Assembly (NCBI GenBank): GCA_963731025.1
Contig: CAVSVL010000016.1
Coordinates: forward strand, 60,354 to 124,353
Source of the DNA: an uncultured delta proteobacterium
GTDB lineage: Bacteria; Desulfobacterota; Desulfobacteria; Desulfobacterales; UBA11574
DNA: 64,000 nucleotides
Direction of reading: 5' to 3'
Positions 1 to 10,084 of this stretch are shown here, piece after piece. Made by a program: the position numbers and the translations under genes. A model generated the notes under the pieces. That model made no database searches. It worked only from the letters and a program-made list of their open reading frames with translations, and was not told the DNA's origin. Every line of letters starts with the position of its first letter. The stretch's first letter is position 1.

Positions 1-757
1 TAATCGAGGCAATTAAAAGAATTGAAGCACCGAGTTTGGTTGCGATGACGGCAATGCCGCTCACTGCAGCCGGGATGCCAATAATAAGTTTGTCGATGGT
101 TTTCATACGGACCTCGCTGTTGGGAAAAAGCATCTCGAGATCCGCCTTGGGAACATTTTGAAAAAGTTTGATAATTGTCGAGCCTGGCGTGAAGTAAAGC
201 GTTTTTTGCTTTTTCGCTGTAAAGTAATCCTCTTCTTTAAATTTAATATATATCATCACCCTGTCATAATTGGTAAACCTTAACGGTGTTTTCTTCAGTC
301 CGAAATATTTTACCCGGATCTCTTCTTTGAAGCTTTCGCCTCGCTGATAAAATATAACTTCCTCAAAATCGTTAAAGTCTACACCCAGACGGATCTTAAA
401 GAGAGATTCCTCTTTCAGTGCTTCTTCAAGATCGGTCTCGGTTATCTTTTGGAAGTTAGCGGCATCAAGGATCGAATCCAACCCTTCGACCAGTTTTTTT
501 TGCAGCGCCTTTTTTTCTTGCTCTGAGTAATCGTAGTTCAACCATGTGTCTGCATCGGGGTTAAATGGTGAATAGCAGTCTTTAAGTGTTTCCACTTGAT
601 CGTGGAACTCAAAATGAATCAGACTTTTTAAAATATGGCAAAACTGTATGAATAATTTCTGATCGTGTTCAGAAAGCCGTGAATCGTTAACGCACATTTC
701 TATAATATCCGATTTCCTGAAAGGTATAAAACGATTCCGAATCTGATACTTTTTCAT
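1..757 (-). CDS. DUF3754/TMEM143-like membrane protein (C-terminus runs off window)
   Basis: Absent from ORF track because there is no stop in the window. ATG at 757-755, frame open to nt 2. MKKYQIRNRFIPFRKSDIIEMC...PFNPDADTW..., ending in a hydrophobic helix IPAAVSGIAVIATKLGASILLIASI. Confidence 0.6.
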   Translation of the reverse strand, partial: MKKYQIRNRFIPFRKSDIIEMCVNDSRLSEHDQKLFIQFCHILKSLIHFEFHDQVETLKDCYSPFNPDADTWLNYDYSEQEKKALQKKLVEGLDSILDAANFQKITETDLEEALKEESLFKIRLGVDFNDFEEVIFYQRGESFKEEIRVKYFGLKKTPLRFTNYDRVMIYIKFKEEDYFTAKKQKTLYFTPGSTIIKLFQNVPKADLEMLFPNSEVRMKTIDKLIIGIPAAVSGIAVIATKLGASILLIASI

Positions 758-792
758 GGTCTTTTCCTCGTTTCAACGATGGAAAAACAGCG

Positions 793-1515
793 TTATTCTT
801 TCAGTGTTATCTTTAAGTGGCCCTCACTTACCTTGATGTCCTCGACCCCATCTGAAAAGCTCTTCCAGAAACCCTTGTCGGCACCAAATTCTTTTACCAG
901 ATCGATATTCTTTATTCCTCCCAGCCAGGCATTTGGCATGGGTACCCCCATAATGGTAACCCCTTTGAGAATGACCACCGGTTTACCCTTAACGTAGGTA
1001 AAAACCACCCCCGTTCTGACACGAAGGGTTTTGTCTCCAAGCACGGGAAAGTCTCTATCTACCGGCACCAGAAGCTTTGCGCTGACAAGATCATCAGATA
1101 AGTCGATGGCCAATTTTCTTGCAAGATCCGTATTTTTTGCCAATAATGCGTTCAGCTCCCTTTCAGTGAAAATGATCTCTCTTTTGCTGTTTTTTTCACT
1201 ATAAGGTTCCGGTTCGAGAGCACCACTTGAATCAAACCGGTTTGCTTTGGATGGTTTTTTAAGGATATCTTTTCCGCGTAAATTAACCTCGACCCCTATG
1301 GTATCGAGCTTTTCTAATTTAGCCGTCAACACCTGCTCTTCGCGAGGGTTCAGGGTCACGGGTTTGAACGCTGATGGGAAAAAGTAGGTTTTGAATATTA
1401 ATATTGTTAGCCCTGCGGTAATAATGACGGCAACAACGATTAAACCAAAGACTTGCAAACAGCCAAATCGCTTTTCAGCTATCTTCGAAACAATGTTATG
1501 GTCGTTTTCCACCAT
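793..1515 (-). CDS. hypothetical membrane-anchored protein
   Basis: 240-aa ORF with one N-terminal TM helix (LQVFGLIVVAVIITAGLTILIF). No recognised motif. Confidence 0.6.
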   Translation of the reverse strand: MVENDHNIVSKIAEKRFGCLQVFGLIVVAVIITAGLTILIFKTYFFPSAFKPVTLNPREEQVLTAKLEKLDTIGVEVNLRGKDILKKPSKANRFDSSGALEPEPYSEKNSKREIIFTERELNALLAKNTDLARKLAIDLSDDLVSAKLLVPVDRDFPVLGDKTLRVRTGVVFTYVKGKPVVILKGVTIMGVPMPNAWLGGIKNIDLVKEFGADKGFWKSFSDGVEDIKVSEGHLKITLKE

Positions 1516-1616
1516 GTTTATACCTCCATCAGCCCTTCACCTTGCTTAATTCTCTATCAATCTTCAAAAAGGTAATTCTATGTATGTGCCTATTTTTATC
1601 CTTATAAAATGCTTCA

Positions 1617-2378
1617 TCATTGTTTCCTCCTTTTGTATATGATGTCAACGACGGTAACTTCCGGCGGCGATAAAAATCGAACCGGCGGCCCCCATGTCCC
1701 TGAACCTCTGCTGACATAGATCTGGGAATTACCACTGATCTTTGATAGGCCGGTGTGCATCGGGTAGAAAAGCTGTGTCACAAGATTAAAGGGAAAGATC
1801 TGTCCCTTGTGGGTATGACCTGAAAGCTGAAGGTCAAACCTGTCAAGCGACTCACGGTTGATTACCGGCTGATGTTTTAAAAAGAGGGTGAATTTATCTC
1901 TGGGCAATGTTTCCAGCAGGGTCTTTTCGGATATTTTATCTGTTTCTACGGTCACATGTTCTGTCCGGATGGCGAGCGCCTCGAAATAGCCATAGATCAT
2001 TACGGCAAAAGAGGTTAAAATGGCGAGAGTACAAAACGTTCTGAGGGAAAGCGTAAATGCCGAAAGAGGGTTCCGGGTCAACATCCTTGCCAGGAGATGG
2101 AGCAGTCGGTAGATGTCAAAGAAAAAGGAAACTGAGAAAAAGATAAAAAGCAGCCCCATCCACACGAACCCGATGTAGGCGAAACCGCGTGCTAAAGCTT
2201 CATTTCCGTGGCGTTCGGCAATTCGTACGGCAATGGGTGCGACCACCATCAGGATCATGAATATCGCAAGGATGACGTTTGCAGACAGCCCCAGGGCAAA
2301 ACCTTTTTTCAGCTTTAAAAACGCATACAGGTGCACACCGCCGTAAATACTAACGTATATAAGAAAGAACAGGGTCAT
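1617..2378 (-). CDS. membrane-anchored metallophosphoesterase-family protein, apparently lacking the central metal-binding motifs
   Basis: Four N-terminal TM helices and a C-terminal LQLSGHTHKGQIFPF motif (YkuE/metallophosphoesterase type). The usual DxH, GDxxD and GNHE motifs are not present. Confidence 0.6.
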   Translation of the reverse strand: MTLFFLIYVSIYGGVHLYAFLKLKKGFALGLSANVILAIFMILMVVAPIAVRIAERHGNEALARGFAYIGFVWMGLLFIFFSVSFFFDIYRLLHLLARMLTRNPLSAFTLSLRTFCTLAILTSFAVMIYGYFEALAIRTEHVTVETDKISEKTLLETLPRDKFTLFLKHQPVINRESLDRFDLQLSGHTHKGQIFPFNLVTQLFYPMHTGLSKISGNSQIYVSRGSGTWGPPVRFLSPPEVTVVDIIYKRRKQ

Positions 2379-2903
2379 TCAGTGTTTTTCCATTGATGAA
2401 AAATTATGAAGATCTGAATGATTTTTGTGACCGGACCACTTAGGCAGTTCATCGTCTATATCGATAACCCGCATGCCATAGAAGATATGGCACGTTGGTT
2501 TGAATTTGGTCGGGACTTTTGATGCACCTCCGAAATCAAAAAGTGATGGAAACGCCAGCCACATATTACGTCCTTCATCGGCAATGAGGGTGCCACACAC
2601 CGCACAGCTGACTTTGCAGGGAAGAATCCTCTCGTGTTTATTGAGTTCACTGCTGTAAAAATTCAGACAATCGATGCCTTTCGTAATTCTGACGTCATGT
2701 TTGTGGAATATGGCTGCCCATTGCATAGGGGCCCCATGCAGTTTTTGGCATGCCAAGCAATGACATATTTTTGCATCTACAGGATCCGAGCACACTTCGT
2801 ATTGCACTGCATTGCAGTAGCAACTTGCACGGTATTTGGCTGTAAAATTAGCATCTGTAATCGACGCATAATTTGATCCAAATTCTTTTTTCATGATAAT
2901 CAT
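2379..2903 (-). CDS. GFA (glutathione-dependent formaldehyde-activating / CENP-V) family protein
   Basis: Cys pattern CYCNAV...CHCLACQKLHGAP...CAVCG. Confidence 0.7.
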   Translation of the reverse strand: MIIMKKEFGSNYASITDANFTAKYRASCYCNAVQYEVCSDPVDAKICHCLACQKLHGAPMQWAAIFHKHDVRITKGIDCLNFYSSELNKHERILPCKVSCAVCGTLIADEGRNMWLAFPSLFDFGGASKVPTKFKPTCHIFYGMRVIDIDDELPKWSGHKNHSDLHNFSSMEKH

Positions 2904-2927
2904 ATCATAGATGTCGTTTATGTCCCT

Positions 2928-3146
2928 TTAGCTCGATCCGCCCGAAAAAGTGGGGCCGACGAAAGGATCAAGCATGCCACCCGCTCCGGTATACTCTTCT
3001 CGCTTTCTCATGGTGTTGGAAGACATGAGTTTCGCCACATTTTTACACTGGCATTCGGGGCATTGTGGGGGCGGATCACTGGAAAACAGCAGGAGTACTT
3101 CAAAGCAGTGAGAACACTCTTTACACTCATATTCGTAAATTGGCAT
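2928..3146 (-). CDS. FmdB-family zinc-ribbon protein
   Basis: MPIYEYECKECSHCFEV...CPECQ (CxxC...CxxC). GGAG RBS upstream. Confidence 0.75.
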   Translation of the reverse strand: MPIYEYECKECSHCFEVLLLFSSDPPPQCPECQCKNVAKLMSSNTMRKREEYTGAGGMLDPFVGPTFSGGSS

Positions 3147-3240
3147 TAGCTCCTCCGTAAAGAAAATAACAGGTGATTAATCAATTATAAATTTCGGAAC
3201 TACCTACAAGCAGTCTATATAACACTATTACCTAAATTAA

Positions 3241-3277
3241 ATCAATTTATAATTTAAGGGGCAACCCGCTAATCCGC
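3241..3277 (+). repeat. REP-like element, family 1 variant (AATTTATAATTTAAGGGGC.ACCCGC)
   Basis: Same motif at 5545, 30044, 45001, 57571 and 63950. Confidence 0.6.
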
Positions 3278-3467
3278 ATTCTAATTGTTATTTAGGCGGT
3301 GGGGGAAACATTGCTGCGGTCCGGCAGGTTCCTGCCCCGCAGACATATAGCCCGGCGGCGGCTGATCCAATATCTTACAGGCACTATAGATGTGACCAGG
3401 TTGTTTCTCGTTGTTCTGTCAAGTAACTTAATGTCTATAGAAGCGGTGTAAGATGAGCACCTAAAGA

Positions 3468-3887
3468 TCATCCAATCAATTTCGCTGAAAGATTGATTTT
3501 TGTACCGGCAAATAGTCTTGAAATTGGACATTTCTCCTTGGCTGTTTGAGCATATTGGGCAAATTTATCAGCATCCAGGTCGGGTACCTCTGCTTCACAA
3601 TCCAAGTCAATACTGGTAATCTTCGGGCCGTCATCTTCTCCCAAATGAACTGAAGCCGTTGTCTGTACGCGAGTCGGTGTAAAATTATCCGCACTCATGA
3701 TAGCGGCAAGGTACATTGAAAAGCATCCGGAATGGGCAGCCCCAACAAGCTCTTCAGGATTTGTGCCTTTACCCGTTTCAAAACGCGATGCAAATGTAAA
3801 AGGGCCTTCAACTTCACCATATTTCATTATGCCGTTGCCTTCTTTCAGCGTGCCATTCCATTTGGCGGTTGCTTTACGTATCGTCAT
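3468..3887 (-). CDS. osmC: OsmC-family peroxiredoxin
   Basis: MTIRKATAKWNGTLKEGNG...AAHSGCFSM...; start moved to the ATG at 3887, which is preceded by GGAGGA. Confidence 0.8.
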   Translation of the reverse strand: MTIRKATAKWNGTLKEGNGIMKYGEVEGPFTFASRFETGKGTNPEELVGAAHSGCFSMYLAAIMSADNFTPTRVQTTASVHLGEDDGPKITSIDLDCEAEVPDLDADKFAQYAQTAKEKCPISRLFAGTKINLSAKLIG

Positions 3888-4088
3888 ATTTTCCTCCTGT
3901 TCAGGTAAGGGGTTAAACCGTTTCTGAACCCTAATCTTATTTTGAAGATAGGTTCTAATATAATCACCATTCAAAACATTAGACATAGAATGAAAAAATC
4001 AAGCAAATAAAAAATGGGTGAATTCAACCCCGTCCCTCTTTTAGTCCCCATGTTAAGTATGTCCCCAAAAATCTGTCCGTTGACTTTT

Positions 4089-4913
4089 TTATGGTTTTTC
4101 TTGGGATTTCGAAGTGTTTTTTATATACTCCGACAATATTTTTATGTATTCTTTTCTTACTTCTTCTTTTCCATATTTTCTTTCCAGTCGCCGAATAGTA
4201 AAATGCCCGCGCGCAACTTCCTGGAAATGATCAACAAACAAAAGATTGATAGTCGCGCCGCCAAGAGCGCCGATGACCGGTACACTCTGGACAAATACTT
4301 TTTCAGAAACGACTGTCCCAAAGCGAGACGCAAGCTGGGAGATCAATCTTGCAATAGGCGGAGCGCCACTTTCCGTCAGACCTCTTGCGGCAATATATTT
4401 GGCAGCATCGCTTACGGCTTTTGCCAGGACGGCGCGAACTGTGAAATACCCTGTTTCAGCTCCGTCATCTGTATCGGATTTTCCGCCAAAAGCAAAAACT
4501 TCGAGGCAGGCCAACCTTGATTGAAGTGTTGAAATATCCTCTCCTTCGCTTCGTGCGATATCGGCAATCGAACGTAAAATTATCGATGTCGATATCGGAA
4601 GTTCTATCGCGAGAGCAGGCAATCCAAAGGCGCCACCTAAAGCACCGCTTATACCGCTTGCAATTTTATGTGCAGTTGTTGATGCTGCGTGTTTTAACTC
4701 TTTGTCCATTGTTTTTACGGTGAGGGTCAATAGATTCTTTAAGGTAACCTTTACCGCATCTTGTATGTTTTGAGATGTCTTGACAGGCAGGTTATTAATA
4801 ATTTTTCCAACAGGTTTTTCTATATAGCTCGTAATTTTGGAAATGAAGCTGGGAAATTCGAGACGCACAACTGCTTGTTCAAGATCTTCATAATCTTTTC
4901 CTTCAATAGCCAT
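4089..4913 (-). CDS. EcsC-family protein
   Basis: 274 aa with GISGALGGAFGLPALAIELPISTSIILRSIADIARSEG, typical of the EcsC family. Confidence 0.55.
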   Translation of the reverse strand: MAIEGKDYEDLEQAVVRLEFPSFISKITSYIEKPVGKIINNLPVKTSQNIQDAVKVTLKNLLTLTVKTMDKELKHAASTTAHKIASGISGALGGAFGLPALAIELPISTSIILRSIADIARSEGEDISTLQSRLACLEVFAFGGKSDTDDGAETGYFTVRAVLAKAVSDAAKYIAARGLTESGAPPIARLISQLASRFGTVVSEKVFVQSVPVIGALGGATINLLFVDHFQEVARGHFTIRRLERKYGKEEVRKEYIKILSEYIKNTSKSQEKP

Positions 4914-5057
4914 AAAATTTCTCCAAAGGTTTCAACCTTTCAACAACACCTCCAAAATTCACTTCAGCACTTGACGAGTTAGATAACACTCATCCACACA
5001 CAATCCAGACCGTCTTGGTTCAGATTTACAACTTAATAATTCAACATTTCTCGTTTA

Positions 5058-5345
5058 TTATGGTTTTAACTTCAACGTGAGACCCGTAATATCTATTATC
5101 TCCGCCTTATCGCCAACTGTTAATGGAACATCACAAACAGCACTCCATAATTCTCCATTAACCAAAACTTGGCCTTCGGTTTTATTCCATCGTTTAATTT
5201 CGACAACTTTTCCAATCATGCCTGCCACACCGTAATTAGATTTTTTATTTCTGTCCTTAATAAACCAGATTAACGGAAGCACAACATGCTCAATAAGTTC
5301 AAAAGCAATAAAGGCGATTACCAATGCGATAATTACAATTTTCAC
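5058..5345 (-). CDS. NfeD-like membrane protein (C-terminal OB domain)
   Basis: N-terminal TM helix followed by GKVVEIK...GQVLVNGELWSA...GDKAEIIDITGLTLKLKP. Confidence 0.7.
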   Translation of the reverse strand: MKIVIIALVIAFIAFELIEHVVLPLIWFIKDRNKKSNYGVAGMIGKVVEIKRWNKTEGQVLVNGELWSAVCDVPLTVGDKAEIIDITGLTLKLKP

Positions 5346-5544
5346 CGAAGACTTCCTCAGGCAAGTCTTTTGAAGTATTGGTCAAGCATTTTATAAACTC
5401 CTGCTTGATAATCCTGTCTGTATCAAAGTTATAATCGAATAGACGTCACCAAGACCACACGTAAGACCACTAACCTTGAACCGTTAACCTATGAACCTTA
5501 GGTCTACCACATGTATTTTATACTTTAAAATCACTGATCAAAAA

Positions 5545-5574
5545 AATAAACTTACAATTTAAGGGGTGCCCCGC
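5545..5574 (+). repeat. REP-like element, family 1 variant
   Basis: AATAAACTTACAATTTAAGGGGTGCCCCGC. Confidence 0.6.
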
Positions 5575-5588
5575 AAATCTACTCCCGC

Positions 5589-6542
5589 CTATTTTGAACG
5601 ATGTTTGCGAAAATATTCTATTATTCTATGTGATAAAAACGCAATCTTTTCAATAATAAACATAAAAATACGCCATCCAAAGGAAATACCTGCTATAATC
5701 AGATTCGTTAAACGACCCCAAATTTTCCACTCAACCATACGATGCCACGCCTTTTTTAACCACTCGAAGACGGATACTTTAGGCTCTGAGCTCTTTTCTT
5801 TTCGGAGTTCTCGACTCTGAAGAAATGGCATATTGGTAGTTATATAAGTCTTCACATACTCCGGCTTCCAAATAGCCTTATAAGATTTCCGGGGTTTTGA
5901 TTCCTTGCAAACCCTGAGAGATCGATAGTGCCCCCATGCAAAAGTTTTATCCCATTGCGGCAGCAGTTTAAGCTCGTTAAAAAATATTTTTCTACTTTGG
6001 CCTTCATCTAATTCATTTTCCTTAGGACCTATAAAAAGGATTCCTGATTCAATAAAACATGTTCCGCCTATGGTTCTGTTCAAATCTCCTATGGTTTGCC
6101 ATGAAACGATGCTTTTTTCGCCGACAGTAATTTTATATCGATCGAGACGGAATGCGCTTGGTACATTGATGTTGACAGGTTTCATTCCAATTTTATCGAT
6201 AAATAGCTGCTCTTTTAGATAACTTGTAAGGCTTTGCTTAAAGCCGACTTTCCGAAGGCTGGAAGCAAAACAATAATAACGGGTCTTGTTCCATGCTGGC
6301 AATTTCATTAAATGTTCATGAAACTCCAATTTCAAGTGACCAGCCTCTTCGCGGTCCAAACGTCCAATTACAAGAATATTACCAACAATAAAGCATCTCC
6401 CGTTTCTTTGGGCTCCCAGTGCAATATGCGTCACCCAAGTTAGCAAAACTCCCCGGTGCTCTATGATAATAAAATCGCCCAGTCTGTATTTTATTTCATC
6501 TATCAACATATATAATTCGAACCAAATACATATTCTATTCAT
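5589..6542 (-). CDS. hypothetical protein with internally duplicated domain and C-terminal TM helix
   Basis: Two similar modules: GRCFIVGNILVIGRLD...LPAWNKTRYYCF and GGTCFIESGILFIGPKE...LPQWDKTFAWGH. Confidence 0.55.
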   Translation of the reverse strand: MNRICIWFELYMLIDEIKYRLGDFIIIEHRGVLLTWVTHIALGAQRNGRCFIVGNILVIGRLDREEAGHLKLEFHEHLMKLPAWNKTRYYCFASSLRKVGFKQSLTSYLKEQLFIDKIGMKPVNINVPSAFRLDRYKITVGEKSIVSWQTIGDLNRTIGGTCFIESGILFIGPKENELDEGQSRKIFFNELKLLPQWDKTFAWGHYRSLRVCKESKPRKSYKAIWKPEYVKTYITTNMPFLQSRELRKEKSSEPKVSVFEWLKKAWHRMVEWKIWGRLTNLIIAGISFGWRIFMFIIEKIAFLSHRIIEYFRKHRSK

Positions 6543-6681
6543 CCATGAGTGAATATCTGTTTTCCGATACGATGTCCCCCTGCTATTTTTCCAAATACTC
6601 GGGATCTTTCTTAACCCATCCCAAATAGAGACGGTTTATCGAGAGATGATAAGTTTGCTGACCACGGCACGAGGAACCGAC

Positions 6682-7827
6682 TCAAGCGACTCCGAGTTTC
6701 TCCGATGCCATGGCCGTCCCTTTTACGCGCGCAGCGATCTTCCGAAACGCGATGTCTCTGGCGACATCTGGTGATCCATGCTTAGGCTTCATGTCAATGC
6801 TGAACGGTGAAAAGCCGCAATCATCCGTGGACCCTAGACGCTCTTTAGGAATGTACCTGGCGGCAGTCACCAAATCGGCCTGGACCTGGTCTGGCGTTTC
6901 GACCCTTGGGTTGAGCGGATCTATCACACCGATAAAGCAGATCTGCGGGACACCGTTCGCATCGACACGGCTATGCTCCCCGCACATTTTGTAGACGCGT
7001 TCCTTGTCCTTCTCGCTGGCTAACTGAATCAGAAAGTAACCCGCGTTCATCATGAACATGCTCGGGAGAAGCTCGGCATAGTCCACATCGGCACTGTGGG
7101 TTGAATCTAAGTCGCCACCTGGACATGTATGAATGCCGATATTCTTGCGCTCCCCGGCCGAGAACCGGTCAATTACACGATTGTTGAGTTCGATGAATTG
7201 TTCGAGCATCTTTCGCCCTGTCCAGGGATTACTGGGGTCGTTCCTGCATGCGAGCCTGCCCTCGGTAAAATCAATAGAGACGCGTTTTGCTCCGGCATCG
7301 AAACACTGGCGGATGTCCTGCTCACACTCGTTGCATAGGTCCTCCAAAAACCGCTCGCGGGGATAACCGTCCACCTTGCCGTCCAAGGGATAGAGTAGGG
7401 ATAGCATGGAGGGGGCGATCACGGCCTGCTTCAAGGGCTTCGTGGCTATCTTGACAGCTTCCTTTACATATTCAGCCGCGAAGGTCTTGTAATGAAAAGG
7501 GCCTCCGGTCAGTCGCGGAAGTTGCCGATGATGCCCGTCCGTAAAGATAGCGAAATACTGGCCGTCCGTTGCAAGGTTCGGAGCGAGGCCTGTCCCTGCC
7601 AGGGTGTCCGTCAGGGGATAGGTTGCAAAGCTTGATGCACGTTGCTCGCCGTCAGAAACTATGGGCGAACCTGTTGCTTCCATGCGTTTGATCGAATCGA
7701 GACAGGCAGCATCCTGTTCATGCTTCAGTTCTTCACGGCCGATCTTTCCAGCATCGTAATCGGCAATCGCAGTCTGAAGTTTGGCGGGACGCGGAAGCGA
7801 ACCGACGTTCTCTGTAGGAATAGTCAT
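6682..7827 (-). CDS. cobalamin-independent methionine synthase (MetE C-terminal-like) family protein
   Basis: MTIPTENVGSLPRPAKL..., HTCPGG, DDCGFSPF. Start at the ATG at 7827 with a GGAGAA RBS. Confidence 0.75.
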   Translation of the reverse strand: MTIPTENVGSLPRPAKLQTAIADYDAGKIGREELKHEQDAACLDSIKRMEATGSPIVSDGEQRASSFATYPLTDTLAGTGLAPNLATDGQYFAIFTDGHHRQLPRLTGGPFHYKTFAAEYVKEAVKIATKPLKQAVIAPSMLSLLYPLDGKVDGYPRERFLEDLCNECEQDIRQCFDAGAKRVSIDFTEGRLACRNDPSNPWTGRKMLEQFIELNNRVIDRFSAGERKNIGIHTCPGGDLDSTHSADVDYAELLPSMFMMNAGYFLIQLASEKDKERVYKMCGEHSRVDANGVPQICFIGVIDPLNPRVETPDQVQADLVTAARYIPKERLGSTDDCGFSPFSIDMKPKHGSPDVARDIAFRKIAARVKGTAMASEKLGVA

Positions 7828-8080
7828 ATTTATTCTCCTTTTTGTTTGCTTTCTGGGCCAGAAAAATCGTGCCCATTTGTGAGCCACAATGTCGGCTAAT
7901 CGTAATGTGTCACGACCACTCTGAAATACGCGATACATTATATCGAAACAAGACATTGAGGTTTCTACTCAATGCCGATAACCGGTGATTATACAGTTCT
8001 GCTTATCACGAAAATTGTAATGTTTTCAAATTTCGGACATCTTAGTTCGCCAGCTGGTGAATAGTTTCGAGACTTAAATC

Positions 8081-10084
8081 CTATGCTTTCTTTCCATCCA
8101 ACACACTCCGAACTTTATATGCTAAATTGCGTTTATCGACTGGTTTTTCAACATACTCGGCAGCACCTATTTCTTTTGCTTTTTCTGCATCAATCTTATC
8201 GCTAAATCCGGTGCAAATAATGGTAGGCATCTCTGGCCGAATGTCTAGGATTTCTTTTACCAGTTTGTCACCCGTCATTGAGGGCATGGTCATATCAGTA
8301 ATAATCAAATCGAACTGGTCGGGTTTTGAACGAAATAGTTCTAAAGCCTCTATCGAACTCATTTTGGTATCAACTTCATAACCAAGTCGTTCAAGCAGCT
8401 GCCGTGTCATATTAACAATAGATGGTTCATCATCAATAAAAAGTATCTTTTCATTTCCCGTAGGAAGTTTTTCAGTAGGCTCAGATTCTATAACTGCATC
8501 TTTTTCAACTGCAGGGAAGAAGATACTAAAAGTCGTTCCTTTACCCGCCTCACTTTTAACTGTAATTGCACCATTATGTTTTTTGACAATGCCGTGAACA
8601 ACAGACAACCCCATTCCTGTACCTTTTCCCACCTCCTTTGTCGTGAAATAGGGATCAAAGATTCGATCAATAACTTCTTGGGAAATGCCATGTCCTGTAT
8701 CGGTCACCGTTAGATTGACATATCGTCCTGGATGTAAATCAGAATGTTGAGCTGTATTGGCTTCATCAAGTTCTATATTGTTAAGGATTATTTCAATAAT
8801 ACCTCCGTCCGGCATGGCATGATCTGCATTGGTGCAAAGATTTATTAGAATCTGGTTGATTTGTGTTGAATCTGCCAGGATTGTATCAACATCTTTCGAA
8901 ATATTCTGGCGAATTTCAATACTTGTCGGAATTGATGAACGCAGCAACTTGAAAGATTCTTTGACAATAGGGATGATATTTGTTGGTTTTTTCTCCATCT
9001 CGGTCTTTCGTGCGAAACTAAGGAGTTGACGTACAATATCTTTTGCTCGCAGGCTGGCTATTCGGGCCTCTTCCAAATTGAGCCGGGCAGGATTCCAGTC
9101 CGGGATATCATCCATTGCCAATTCGGTATTTCCAAGAATAATTCCGAGAATATTATTGATATCATGGGCTATACCGCCTGCCAGTGTTCCAATCGCTTCC
9201 ATTTTTTGTGATTGTTGGAGCTGGGATTCAAGTTTCTTCTGTTCAGTGATATCTCTAAGATTTATAACGCTGCCGATCGGTTTGCCATTTTGATCCTTAT
9301 AAATGGCTCCGCTTATACTCACAGGAATAATTTCTCCTTTCTGGTTATATCGGTGAGTTTCAATGCCGGAAAACCTTTCCCCTGCCAGCACCTTCTTAAT
9401 CATCATTTTCGTTTCTCGCCATGCTTCTTCAGGCACAAAAACATCCATTTTTTTCCCTATACGTTCCTCCAGAGTCCAGCCGAAAATGCGTGTAAAAGCA
9501 GGATTGAAATAGATTACGTTACCTTCTATGTCGTAGACGACCACTGCGTCGGGATTTGCTTCCAGAACTGTACGATATTTCCCCTCACTCTCCCGCAGTG
9601 CTTCCTCTGCCTGCTTGCGTTTGGTGATGTCTTGGATAACGGCTAAAACATAAACTGTTTTATCTACCACTTTAATTATTGAGGTGGAAATGGAAAGAGG
9701 CTTTTTCTCCCCCTCTTTAGTCGTTATCACCCATTCCTCTGCTATAATATCATCCCCTTCTCGCATCTGAGCCATGCGCTCAGTGGCTTGTTTCTGGATT
9801 CCTGTATCTGGATACATCGTTTGGTACCAACCAAGTTTATTGATCTCCTCCTTGTTATAGCCTGTAATTATCGTCATTCGAGGGTTCCAGTGAGTGAATT
9901 TGACATATGGCTCCTCGGAAATATTATAGCAAATACAAATTCCATCGGCAGCTTTTTCAAGGATGTCCTCTATCATGGAAACATTCTCGCGAAGGGTTTT
10001 TTCCAGCTGTTTTTTCTTGATTGCTTCTTTTTCTAATTTTTTGACTTTTTGTTCCAATTCCTCATATGCTGGTTTTCTGTCCAT
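8081..10084 (-). CDS. PAS-domain hybrid sensor histidine kinase / response regulator
   Basis: Multiple PAS modules, HisKA box GGIAHDINNILG, HATPase (GTGMGLSVV), and a C-terminal receiver (ILFIDDEP...DLIITDMTMP). ATG at 10084 after GGAGGA. Confidence 0.9.
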   Translation of the reverse strand: MDRKPAYEELEQKVKKLEKEAIKKKQLEKTLRENVSMIEDILEKAADGICICYNISEEPYVKFTHWNPRMTIITGYNKEEINKLGWYQTMYPDTGIQKQATERMAQMREGDDIIAEEWVITTKEGEKKPLSISTSIIKVVDKTVYVLAVIQDITKRKQAEEALRESEGKYRTVLEANPDAVVVYDIEGNVIYFNPAFTRIFGWTLEERIGKKMDVFVPEEAWRETKMMIKKVLAGERFSGIETHRYNQKGEIIPVSISGAIYKDQNGKPIGSVINLRDITEQKKLESQLQQSQKMEAIGTLAGGIAHDINNILGIILGNTELAMDDIPDWNPARLNLEEARIASLRAKDIVRQLLSFARKTEMEKKPTNIIPIVKESFKLLRSSIPTSIEIRQNISKDVDTILADSTQINQILINLCTNADHAMPDGGIIEIILNNIELDEANTAQHSDLHPGRYVNLTVTDTGHGISQEVIDRIFDPYFTTKEVGKGTGMGLSVVHGIVKKHNGAITVKSEAGKGTTFSIFFPAVEKDAVIESEPTEKLPTGNEKILFIDDEPSIVNMTRQLLERLGYEVDTKMSSIEALELFRSKPDQFDLIITDMTMPSMTGDKLVKEILDIRPEMPTIICTGFSDKIDAEKAKEIGAAEYVEKPVDKRNLAYKVRSVLDGKKA

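Noticed and set aside
4014-4524. Plus-strand ORFs of 168 and 92 aa.
   Set aside because: They are antisense to the EcsC-family gene and have low-complexity translations.
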